In this document: positions 31,656 to 40,849 of the stretch, piece by piece | How the letters are laid out: the number at the start of each line of letters is the position of its first letter | Numbering within the stretch: position 1 is the first letter of the stretch | From: an uncultured delta proteobacterium | GTDB taxonomy: Bacteria; Desulfobacterota; WTBG01 | Assembly: GCA_963793865.1 (NCBI GenBank) | Contig: CAWCBP010000004.1 | Location: 160,001 to 224,000 of the forward strand | Reading direction: 5' to 3' | Length of the DNA: 64,000 nt | Position numbers and translations under genes: made by a program | Notes under the pieces: generated by a model | What the model saw: only the letters and a program-made list of their open reading frames with translations | Databases searched by the model: none | What the model was told of the DNA's origin: nothing

Positions 31656-32078
31656 TTACGCCAGCCTGCTGATGTAGTGCGCGGGATTGGGCCCCAGGGC
31701 GGTTATCTCCGCCCGCATCTCCTGTATGATCCCGGCAACCGCCGCTTCATCTCCCGGGGCGACATTGAAGAGTGTCAACCTTCTGCCGCCGAGGCCGATT
31801 TCATCAAGCACTTTTTGCACCCACAGCACCCGCCTCTTTGCCCTCAGGTTGCCTTCCACGAAGCGGCATGCCCCCTCGGGACAAACCAGAACGATCACCG
31901 CGTCCGCTCCTGCCTCAAAAGCCCGCAGCAGAAACACATCTTTTACCATGCTGGAGCAGGGAAGCTTTATGAAATTAATATCTACTTCGTTGTCCTCGCC
32001 CCAGGGCAGAGGCATAGCATCATTGAAAGCATTGATGCAGTGAAATACGGTTATTTTGAGCTTGAAGTTTTTATACAT
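31656..32078 (-). CDS. mvhD: MvhD/FlpD-family [2Fe-2S] protein
   Basis: FHC, LPCSS, LRAFEAGAD, VCPEGACRFVEGN, LDEIGLGGRRL. Confidence 0.88.
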   Translation of the reverse strand: MYKNFKLKITVFHCINAFNDAMPLPWGEDNEVDINFIKLPCSSMVKDVFLLRAFEAGADAVIVLVCPEGACRFVEGNLRAKRRVLWVQKVLDEIGLGGRRLTLFNVAPGDEAAVAGIIQEMRAEITALGPNPAHYISRLA

Positions 32079-32127
32079 AGCTCATCATTGACTACAGACA
32101 CTGTTGGGGTTCAAACCCATTATTAGT

Positions 32128-32172
32128 AGTGAAGCAATCTTGTCTTAAAGCCGCAGATAAGATTGCTTCACT
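32128..32172. repeat. Inverted repeat AGTGAAGCAATCTT..AAGATTGCTTCACT
   Basis: 14-bp perfect stem; same family as 29864-29963. Confidence 0.75.
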
Positions 32173-32303
32173 TAAAGATCTGCTTTGATCATGGGAAGAT
32201 TCTCATGCAATTACATGATACGGCTTTTTAACAGTACATTACTAGCCTATTGTCACCCCCCCTGTCAATAGCCAGTGGAGTTTACAGCAGTTTTCATAAA
32301 CCA

Positions 32304-33641
32304 TTATAAAATTGAGAGGTAGCGATCCAGCTCATAATTGGTAACTTGGACGCGAAACTTGTCCCATTCGATCTTTTTATTTTCAATGAAATTCTCAAAC
32401 ACGTGATCTCCCAGGCATTCCTTGAGCAGAGTGCTTTTTTCAGCAACTTTAATCGCCTCCCAGAGGTCCTCCGGCAGCGTTCCGATCTTTAACCGCGTCC
32501 GCTTCTCGGGGGTCATTTCATAGACGTTTTCCTCGATGGGCGGGGGCGGGGTCAGCTTCTTCTCAATGCCGTCAAGTCCCGCTGCCAGCATGACGGAAAA
32601 GGCCAAATAGGGATTGCAGGCGGGGTCGGGGGACCGGTACTCCAGCCTGGTCGCCTTTTCCTTGCCCGGTTTATAGACCGGTATGCGGATGAGGTCCGAT
32701 CTGTTTCTCTGTGCCCAGGAGATATACACGGGCGCCTCATAGCCCGGCACCAGACGCTTATAGGAGTTCACCCACTGACTGGTAACCAGGGTCATCTCCC
32801 GGGCGTGCATGAGCAGGCCTGCCAGATAACTTCTCCCCACTGCGGAAAGATGATACCTGTCCTCGGCATCAAAAAAAGCATTGGTATCCCCCTTGAACAG
32901 AGACTGGTGCACATGCATGCCGCTTCCATTTTCACCGAACATCGGCTTGGGCATGAAGGTGGCATACACCCCGTGTTTCATGGCGATTTCCTTAACCACC
33001 AGCCGGTAGGTCATGGCGCTGTCAGCCATGGTGAGGGCGTCCGCGTAGCGCAGATCAATTTCATGCTGGCTGGATGCCACTTCATGATGGCTGTATTCCA
33101 CGGGTATGCCCATCTCTTCCAGGGTGAGCACGGTTTCCCTGCGCAGGTCGCTTGCCACGTCAAGCGGGGTTAAATCAAAGTAGCCGCCGCGATCCAGCAC
33201 CTGGGGCGCGCCTTCGGCGCTCTTGAAATAAAAAAATTCCAGCTCCGGACCGACGTAAAAGGTGTACCCCTTTTCAGCCGCCTTCTTCAAATTTCTTTTC
33301 AGCACCCACCTCGGGTCGCCCTTATAGGGCGTGCCGTCAGGCTCAACCACATCGCAGAACATGCGGGCTACCGCTTTCTCCTTCGGCCTCCAGGGCAGGA
33401 TGGCAAAGGTATTTGGATCAGGCATGGCCACCATGTCGCTTTCGTCAATGCGCGCAAACCCCTGAATGGAAGAGCCGTCGAACCCCATGCCTTCATTGAG
33501 CGCACCCTCAAGTTCATAAGGGGTAATTGAAAAGCTCTTCAGGAATCCCAGTATGTCGGTAAACCAGAGCCTGATAAACCCCACATCCCGTTCCTTGACC
33601 ATCTTCAACACATACTCTTTATCTTTCTTTTCCATCTTCAA
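32304..33641 (-). CDS. glnA: Glutamine synthetase type I
   Basis: FDGSSI, GPELEFF, HHEVA, TFMPKP, GSGMHVHQSL, RLVPGYEAP, EYRSPDP. Confidence 0.97.
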   Translation of the reverse strand: MKMEKKDKEYVLKMVKERDVGFIRLWFTDILGFLKSFSITPYELEGALNEGMGFDGSSIQGFARIDESDMVAMPDPNTFAILPWRPKEKAVARMFCDVVEPDGTPYKGDPRWVLKRNLKKAAEKGYTFYVGPELEFFYFKSAEGAPQVLDRGGYFDLTPLDVASDLRRETVLTLEEMGIPVEYSHHEVASSQHEIDLRYADALTMADSAMTYRLVVKEIAMKHGVYATFMPKPMFGENGSGMHVHQSLFKGDTNAFFDAEDRYHLSAVGRSYLAGLLMHAREMTLVTSQWVNSYKRLVPGYEAPVYISWAQRNRSDLIRIPVYKPGKEKATRLEYRSPDPACNPYLAFSVMLAAGLDGIEKKLTPPPPIEENVYEMTPEKRTRLKIGTLPEDLWEAIKVAEKSTLLKECLGDHVFENFIENKKIEWDKFRVQVTNYELDRYLSIL

Positions 33642-33690
33642 TCCTCCTTTGCCGTCGTTTTAATGAGTGCTCCATCCATCCAACTGTTGC

Positions 33691-33750
33691 GGAAATATAT
33701 ATCCCATAATTATTTCGGGATCATTTCTGCAGTGTAAATTCTTTGTAAAC
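33691..33750. promoter_or_regulatory. Candidate nitrogen-regulator sites upstream of glnA
   Basis: GGAA-N6-ATCC (33691-33704, NrpR-like) and TGTAAA-N5-TGTAAA 11-bp direct repeat (33733-33750, OmpR/GlnR-like). Confidence 0.4.
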
Positions 33751-33802
33751 TCTCAGCCAACCCGGCAAAGGCACCAAACGCTGCCGCGTATTGAAGCACC
33801 AT

Positions 33803-33837
33803 GTAAAAAGGCCAAGAAATACTCCTGACCTTTTTAC
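33803..33837 (-). terminator. Probable intrinsic terminator after gdhA
   Basis: GTAAAAAGGCCA...TGACCTTTTTAC hairpin with A/T tracts on both sides. Confidence 0.55.
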
Positions 33838-33875
33838 CAGCACTCAATTTACCATATTAAAAACAAGTGGTTATG

Positions 33876-35123
33876 CTACACCCAGCCCCGCAATCTGCAT
33901 GCCTCGGCAACCCGGGCGACCGAAACCAGGTACGCGGCCTGGCGCATGTTGATCTTCTCTCTCTGGCTCATGGCATAGACGCTCTGGAAGGCCTTGGTCA
34001 TCTTGACATCGAGCTTTTGATGAATCTCGTCGAGCTCCCAGTAATAATTGTAGGTGTTCTGTACCTGCTCAAAGTATGAAACCGTGACACCGCCGGCATT
34101 GGCCAGAAAATCCGGGAGAACAAACACCTTGTTCTGGTAGAGAATATCATCCGCTTCCGGTGTCGTGGGGCCATTGGCAAGCTCGCAGAGGATCTTGCAT
34201 TTAATCTCACCGGCGTTCCGCTCGGTGATAACCTGCTCCAGGGCGGAGGGGAAAAGAACGGCAACCTTCAGCTTAAGGAGCTCCTCATTGCTTATGGGCT
34301 CGGTATTGGGAAACCCCTGGAGCGTATCGTTCTGCAGCTTATACTTTACCAGTGCCTGGGGATTGATGCCCTTATCGCTGTAAATGCCGCCCTTGGAGTC
34401 TGACGCGGCAATCAGCTTGAGGCCGAGCAGTTCATTCCCGAGCGTTGCAGCATATTGACCGGCATTTCCGAAACCCTGGATGGCCATGGTCTCGCCTTTG
34501 AGGTCAAGATTCAGGCGCATTGCCGCCTCCCTGGTGACGGCCATGCCGCCGCGGGACGTCGCATCGCCGCGCCCTTCAGAACCGCCGACCGGTAGCGGTT
34601 TGCCGGTAATGACGCAGGGATGGTGCTCGCCTTTCAGCGTCTCATACTCATCCATCATCCACGCCATGATCTGCGGGGTGGTATAGACATCGGGCGCGGG
34701 CACGTCTTTGGTCACGCCCAGGTTCTGCCATATGGCACGAATGTATGCTCGCGCCAGCCGCTCTTTTTCATTGTCGGACAGCTCTTTCGGATTGCAGGTA
34801 ACGCCTCCTTTACCGCCTCCCAGGGGAAGATCAACCACCGATGTTTTCCAGGTCATCCAGGCACTCAGGGCGCGAACCGTATCCAGGGTTTCATCCGGGT
34901 GCCAGCGCAATCCGCCCTTGGCCGGACCGCGCGCGGTGTTGTACTGAACCCGGTAGCCATGAAATATCCTGGTGGATCCGTCATCCATCCGTACCGGAAG
35001 GGTCACCTTAATTTCCTTCATGGGCCAGCGCAGGAATTCATGCACCGATTTTTCCAGCCCCAGTTTTTCCGCGGCCGCGTCTAATTGTTGTTGTGCCATT
35101 GCAAACGGGTTAGTTTTTGCCAT
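33876..35123 (-). CDS. gdhA: Glutamate dehydrogenase (Glu/Leu/Phe/Val family)
   Basis: GPAKGGLR, MTWK, GGGKGG, DVPAPD, QGFGNAG, ANAGGVTVSYFE. Confidence 0.93.
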   Translation of the reverse strand: MAKTNPFAMAQQQLDAAAEKLGLEKSVHEFLRWPMKEIKVTLPVRMDDGSTRIFHGYRVQYNTARGPAKGGLRWHPDETLDTVRALSAWMTWKTSVVDLPLGGGKGGVTCNPKELSDNEKERLARAYIRAIWQNLGVTKDVPAPDVYTTPQIMAWMMDEYETLKGEHHPCVITGKPLPVGGSEGRGDATSRGGMAVTREAAMRLNLDLKGETMAIQGFGNAGQYAATLGNELLGLKLIAASDSKGGIYSDKGINPQALVKYKLQNDTLQGFPNTEPISNEELLKLKVAVLFPSALEQVITERNAGEIKCKILCELANGPTTPEADDILYQNKVFVLPDFLANAGGVTVSYFEQVQNTYNYYWELDEIHQKLDVKMTKAFQSVYAMSQREKINMRQAAYLVSVARVAEACRLRGWV

Positions 35124-35178
35124 AAATCGTACCTCCCTTTTGATTAAAACTTTTGATCAATAGTTTAAACCTTGTATC

Positions 35179-35346
35179 GGCAATACCTTGCCTATATACA
35201 AAACGGATGGAATTTTTATCATTAATTCGATTATCTGTCAATATATAAAAATTTTTTATAATTATTTTTTTTGCCCCTGATAATCTATTACTTAAAACAA
35301 GGCAATTTTGCCTATATGGTTGACAATTTGGATTTTTTGATATAAG
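35179..35346. promoter_or_regulatory. Divergent gdhA/nrpR promoter region with two GGCAA..TTGCC palindromes
   Basis: TTGACA on both strands (minus 35236-35241, plus 35320-35325); GGCAATACCTTGCC 35179-35192; AGGCAATTTTGCCT 35300-35313. Confidence 0.55.
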
Positions 35347-35368
35347 AAGGCTCCGTAGTCAAGGAGGT

Positions 35369-36370
35369 ATGGCAGTGGATAAAATGTCCCAAAGAAAAAT
35401 AAGCATGTCAATTCTCAATACCCTGCAATCTGCCGGCAAGACCCTGGGAGCCACCAGGATTGCAAAGAAATTAGAAGATTTCGGGGTTGATCTCAGCCAG
35501 AGAACCGTCCGGTACTATCTCCAAAAACTGGATCAGGAGGGCCTTACCCATAATTTTGGGAAAAGGGGAAGAAAGATAACCGCGAAAGGCGAATCCGAGC
35601 TTAAAACCGCCTTTGTCATTGAAAAGGTGGGATTCGTATCGGCAAAAATTGATACCCTGACCTATCAAATGAATTTTCTCTATAAAAAATCAAGGGGAGA
35701 TGTTATCGTCAACATATCTTCCATCGAAAAGGAGTACTGTGCCAAAGCGCTCCAGCAGATACAATTGGTCTATAGAGCTGCCCTGGGCATGGGAACACTG
35801 GTGGCATTAGGACGCCCCGGGGAAAAAATCGGAAGCATAGCCATGGAAGAAAACCGGGTGGGCATCGGTACCGTTTGCAGTGTCACCATCAACGGGATAT
35901 TGTTAAAGGAAGGCATCCATGCCACATCCCGCTTCGGGGGCCTTCTGGAGCTGGTAAACGGACGCCCGTTCCGTTTCACTGAAATCATCGCCTATGATGG
36001 TTCCTCCATCGATCCGCTGGAAATTTTTATCAAGGGCGGCATGACCAGCGTCCGCCAGGCGGCGATAACCGGCAATGGCAGGATCGGCGCCAGCTTTAGG
36101 GAAATTCCCTCCATAGCCATCTCGAAAGTTGAAACAATAAAAAACAGAATGGACAAGATGGGATTGGGCGGCATTTTAATGATCGGCAAACCCGGCCGTC
36201 CGCTTCTCGACATACCGGTATCGGAGGGAAGGGTGGGCATGGTTGTTGCCGGCGGATTAAACCCCATAGCGGCGGTGGAAGAATCAGGCATTGCCACCGA
36301 GAATACCGCCATGAAGGGGCTGCTCGAATTCAACCGGCTGATTCCATACTGGGAATTAACCGCGCCGTAA
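35369..36370 (+). CDS. nrpR: NrpR-family nitrogen repressor (wHTH + DUF128/NRD)
   Basis: LSQRTVRYYL..D..GLT, GRKIT.KG wHTH; TVCSVTINGIL, YDGSSIDPLEIF, ASFREIP, GGLNPIA. Confidence 0.85.
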   Translation: MAVDKMSQRKISMSILNTLQSAGKTLGATRIAKKLEDFGVDLSQRTVRYYLQKLDQEGLTHNFGKRGRKITAKGESELKTAFVIEKVGFVSAKIDTLTYQMNFLYKKSRGDVIVNISSIEKEYCAKALQQIQLVYRAALGMGTLVALGRPGEKIGSIAMEENRVGIGTVCSVTINGILLKEGIHATSRFGGLLELVNGRPFRFTEIIAYDGSSIDPLEIFIKGGMTSVRQAAITGNGRIGASFREIPSIAISKVETIKNRMDKMGLGGILMIGKPGRPLLDIPVSEGRVGMVVAGGLNPIAAVEESGIATENTAMKGLLEFNRLIPYWELTAP

Positions 36371-36409
36371 GGCTGTTATCTGTTTCAGGCGTGACAGGAT
36401 GTAATCAAT

Positions 36410-39041
36410 ATGAGCAAAATTCAGGGGGAGCAGGACATGGAGACGTATACGGTTGATCCCAGCACCGGTGTTCCGGTTATCGATGAACTGGTCGGCCGCC
36501 TGCGATGGGGCGACAATGTGGTGTGGCAGGTTACCACCGCCCTGGAATATTCCTGGCTGGTGGGCCCCTTTGTTGAAGACGCGGCCGCCAGGAATATTGA
36601 GCTGGTCTATATCAACTTTGACACCTACAGCATTCCGGTGATCACCCCTCACTGCAAGGTGGTCTCCATCGATCCCACCCAGGGTTTCGAATACTTCTAC
36701 CGGTCCGTACGCGAGGTGATGGAAGAACATGGCAAGCGTCTGTACTATGTCTTCGATAATATCTCCATCCTGGCACGGCAATGGGGAAGCGATGAGTCGC
36801 TGGCCAATTTCTTCCGCACCGCCTGCCCCCGCCTGTTCGAGCTCGACACCATCGCTTATTTCTGCATGCTCCGGGGGAGCCACAACAATCAGACTATCGG
36901 CCGCATCGGGGACACCACCCAGTTATTAATCGATTTCTACGTGCAAAACGGCCAGTCCTTCATTCGTCCCATCAAGGTGTGGGAACGCTATTCGCCCACC
37001 ATGTTTGACACCCACATGATGATCTCTCCGGTCGGGAAGGCCCCGGAAGGTCCCTGGGAGGGGATCGAGCGGGTCTCCCAGATGCGTGATGACCAGGGCC
37101 CGCCCAAAGTCAGAGTACCTGCAGCCCATTGAAACCCTGCTGCGGCATCTTAAAAGCCGCTCCTGCTGGTCGCCGGCCAACTGCGAAGCCCTGCGCATGG
37201 AACTGATCAAGACCGTGATCAGCCAGCGCTCCGAGTACTTTGCCATCGCCAGAAAATATTTTTCCCTGGAGGACATCGAAAATATCCATGAGCGGCTGGT
37301 GGGTTCGGGCAGGATCGGCGGAAAGGCCGCCGGGATGCTGCTTGCCCGGAAGATGCTTGAGCTGGCTTCTGAAAAGGACATGCCCGAGCTTAAGGAGATG
37401 CTCCTGGACCACGATTCATACTACATCGGCACGGACGTGTTCTTTGAATTTCTGCTGGATAACGACCTGCTCTACCTTCTCAGCCAGCAGTACAAAAACC
37501 GGGATGAAATCGTATCCGAGTATCCCAAAATACGAACCCATTTTCTGGCCGGCTCGTTCCGGCCGGAAACACTGAACCAACTTCGCAAGGTATTGGAACA
37601 TTTTGGCACGCAGCCGGTGATTGTCCGCTCCTCGAGCCTGCTGGAGGACAACTTCGGGTACGCGTTTGCCGGCAAGTATGAGAGCGTGTTCTGCACCAAC
37701 CAGGGTGACTTTGAGGACCGCTTTCACGATTTCCTGAATGCCATCAAGATGGTGTACAGCAGCGTCCTGCGGCCCGACGCCCTGCTCTACCGGATCAAGC
37801 ACAAGCTGATTTATACCGATGAACAAATGGCCATCCTGGTGATGCGGGTGGAGGGAAGGCGGGTGGAGGACAAATTGATGCCCATGATCGCGGGCGTGGG
37901 CTTTTCCCGGAATTTTCATCCCTGGTCGCCGCGCATTAATACCAACCAGGGTCTTTTGCGCATCGTGTTCGGCATGGGCACGCGCGCCGTTGACCGGGTG
38001 GGAAATGACTATCCGCGCATGATTGCGCTCAGTCATCCCCGGCTGCGCCCCGTGCTCTACGAATCGGAAATCAGGCACTATTCACAGCACTCAGTCGATG
38101 TGGTGGACCTTCCGTCAAACCAGTTTAAAACCCTGGATTTAAGCGAGGTATTTGAGGGAGAGGACCTTCCGGTGTATCAGTATATCTTTTCAGTGTTTAA
38201 TGAGGACGTCATCAGTGAAGCTTTAAGCTTCATGCATTTGAAGGACTCAAAAAACCGCATCATTACCTTTAACAGCCTGATCAACAAGACATCCTTCACC
38301 TCCATCATGGATAAAATCCTGCGCAAGCTGGAAGAGGGCTACGGCATCCCGGTTGACATCGAATTTGTGGCCGATCTGGATCAAGGAGGAAAGGTGAAGC
38401 TTAACCTCTTGCAGTGCAGGCCGTTAAGCGAGGTGCGCGATCAGGAAAACATAGCGTTTCCGGAACAGATTGATCCCGGCGATGTCATTTTCCAGACGGA
38501 CAGCTGCGTGAATACCGCTGAGGTTGATGCTGTTGGCTATCTTGTGTATGTCGATACCGACGGCTATCATGAACTGCCGGAGCGGGACAAATACCAGGTG
38601 GGCCGCGCCATAGGCCAGATAAACAGCCTCATGGATGCCGCTGACGAGCGGTATATTCTGGTGGGCCCGGGCCGCTGGGGAAGCAGCAACATCGACCTGG
38701 GTGTAAACGTGAGTTACGCCGACATTGACAATGCGGCGGCCATTGTTGAAGTGGCCAAGAACTCGGAAGGATATGTTCCGGAGGTATCCTACGGCACCCA
38801 CTTCTTTCAGGACCTGGTGGAGGACCGCATTTACTATTTGGCGGTCTATCCCGGGCTGGACCGGAATTTCCTCAACGAAGACTTTTTGGGCACTGCCCCC
38901 AACCTGCTGGAGACAATGGCTCCCGAGCATCAAAAGCTTGCCGCCATCATCCGGGTAATAAGAGCGGACGGCGGCGGCAACGGGTTTCGATTGGTCATGC
39001 ACCGGCAAAAAGGACGGGCGGTCTGTTACCGCGTTTCCTGA
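36410..39041 (+). CDS. PEP/pyruvate-binding (PPDK_N/ATP-grasp) protein with N-terminal KaiC/RecA-like domain; frameshift ~37103
   Basis: STGVPVIDELVGRLRWGDNVVW; GRIGGKAAG, VRSSSLLED..FAGKYES, GMGTRAVDR, DIEF, LQCRPL, YGTHFFQDL. Confidence 0.8.
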
Positions 39042-39063
39042 TGGAAAGCCGGTCATCGCGCGG

Positions 39064-39744
39064 TCAAGATTTATCTCCCGCGAACGAATAGCCGACGTTG
39101 CGCACGGTTTGAATTAAATCGCTGTAATCCCCCCCCAGCTTGCTGCGCAACCGCTGGATGTGTATGTCGACGGTCCGGGTGCCCGCGTAATTGTCATATC
39201 CCCAGACCTTGTCCAGAAGCGCCTCCCGGGTAAAAACCTTCCCCCGGTTGAGCAGCAGGCACTTCAGCAGCTCGTACTCTTTATAGGTGAGATAGATCCT
39301 CTTCCCCTGAATGGCCACTTCATAGCTGTTGAGATCGAGAATCAGCTCATCGATCTTTATCACCTGCCCGGCATCCAGCCCGCTCTTATGCCAGAGCAGC
39401 TGCCTGATCCTCACCAGGACCTCGAAGGGCTCTTCTTTTTTCACCGCGAAATCATCGAAGGCAAGGGGAAATCTGATTTCCTTCATCATCTCCGGCGAGA
39501 TGACGATGATGCTGGAAACATCCTTTCCGCCCAGCTCGTCCCGCATGCTTTTGTATGTTTCAATCCCCTGAGCCTTCCAGGATTCAAGGTCGGCAATGAG
39601 CAGGTCCACCCTTTGTGCGAAAAACTGATCGACCGCTTCTTCGACGGTGCGCGCGGAAGAAAGGTGAAAGCCCTCCTCCCGCAAAAGGGAATCAAGGGCC
39701 TTCATGTAATCTTCATCCTGGCTTACGATGAGTATATTCTGCAC
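39064..39744 (-). CDS. OmpR-family response regulator, GlnR-like
   Basis: Atypical receiver; LTYKEYELL..VFTRE.LL.VWGYD..GTRTVDIHIQRLRSKLG..IQTVRNVGY. Confidence 0.85.
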   Translation of the reverse strand: MQNILIVSQDEDYMKALDSLLREEGFHLSSARTVEEAVDQFFAQRVDLLIADLESWKAQGIETYKSMRDELGGKDVSSIIVISPEMMKEIRFPLAFDDFAVKKEEPFEVLVRIRQLLWHKSGLDAGQVIKIDELILDLNSYEVAIQGKRIYLTYKEYELLKCLLLNRGKVFTREALLDKVWGYDNYAGTRTVDIHIQRLRSKLGGDYSDLIQTVRNVGYSFAGDKS

Positions 39745-39760
39745 AGTGGTCCTTGCGACT

Positions 39761-40810
39761 CTATAAAAGCCCCTTCACCTTCAGGTACTCGGCGTTTAAA
39801 ATCGCCGCACCCGCGGCCCCCCTGACGGTGTTGTGGCTTAAAACGGTAAATTTGTAGTCGAACACCGGACACGGTCTCACCCTTCCCACCACGCAGGCCA
39901 TGCCGTTGCCCGCGTCCCGGTCATAGCGGGGCTGGGGCCGGTTGTCTTCATCCCTCACCAGGATGGGCCGGGGAGGAGAGAAGGGCAGATTCAATTCCCG
40001 CAGGGGATTGTACTCTTTAAGCGTCTGTATCATCTCATCCCGTGAGGGCTTCTTTTTCAATTCCAGGCTGACGGACTCAAGATGGCCGTCTTTCACCTGG
40101 ACGCGGTTACAGGAAGCGCTCACTTTTATTTCGGCAAAGGCAAACCTTCCTTTATCCAGTGTCCCCAGCAGCTTTAAGGTTTCTGATTCTATTTTCCCTT
40201 CCTCGCCCCCGATAAAGGGAACCACATTGTCGATGATGTCCAGGGAGGCAACGCCGGGGTAGCCGGCACCGCTCAGGGCCTGCATGGTGGTAACCATGAT
40301 TTTGCTCACGCCGTACTTTTTGTGCAGGGGCGCCACCGCCAGCACCAGCCCGATGGTTGAGCAATTGGGGTTGGTAACGATATACCCCCCGCTCTTGTTC
40401 TTCTTTTTCTGCGTTTCTATAATGGCGGTATGGTCGGCATTGACTTCGGGGATCAGCAGCGGAACATCTTCATCCATGCGGTGGTTCTTGGAGTTGCTGC
40501 TCACCACATAACCCGCCCGGGCAAACTCCTCCTCAATGGGGCCCGCGACACCGGCATCGAGCGCCGAAAATACAATCCTGCAGTCCAGGTCCGGCTTGCA
40601 TTCCTTCACCATCATCCCCGCCGCTGCCGGCGGAATGTCGCTTTCCAGCTTCCACTTGTCCGCCGCAGCCTCCCCATAGGTTCTGGCGGCGCTGCGCTCC
40701 GATGCCGCCAGCTCCGATATCTCAAACCAGGGATGGTTTTGCAGGAGCTGGATGAACCGCTGTCCCACCATGCCGGTGGCTCCCAATATACCTACCTTGA
40801 TCTTTTCCAC
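39761..40810 (-). CDS. asd: Aspartate-semialdehyde dehydrogenase (archaeal/eukaryal-like type)
   Basis: LGATGMVGQRF..HPWF, NPNCST, QALSGAGY, HNTVRGAAG. Confidence 0.95.
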   Translation of the reverse strand: MEKIKVGILGATGMVGQRFIQLLQNHPWFEISELAASERSAARTYGEAAADKWKLESDIPPAAAGMMVKECKPDLDCRIVFSALDAGVAGPIEEEFARAGYVVSSNSKNHRMDEDVPLLIPEVNADHTAIIETQKKKNKSGGYIVTNPNCSTIGLVLAVAPLHKKYGVSKIMVTTMQALSGAGYPGVASLDIIDNVVPFIGGEEGKIESETLKLLGTLDKGRFAFAEIKVSASCNRVQVKDGHLESVSLELKKKPSRDEMIQTLKEYNPLRELNLPFSPPRPILVRDEDNRPQPRYDRDAGNGMACVVGRVRPCPVFDYKFTVLSHNTVRGAAGAAILNAEYLKVKGLL

Positions 40811-40849
40811 GCCGTAACTCCTCTTATAGTTCGTATGGCTGCCGGAAGG

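Noticed and set aside
31656..32078. Selenocysteine in MvhD
   Set aside because: No in-frame TGA; four Cys candidates for the cluster are present
37098..37112. CCCAAAG slippery-like heptamer at the break in the PEPS-like gene
   Set aside because: Joining the ORFs needs a +1 shift, and the heptamer is phased for the opposite direction; an indel error is simpler
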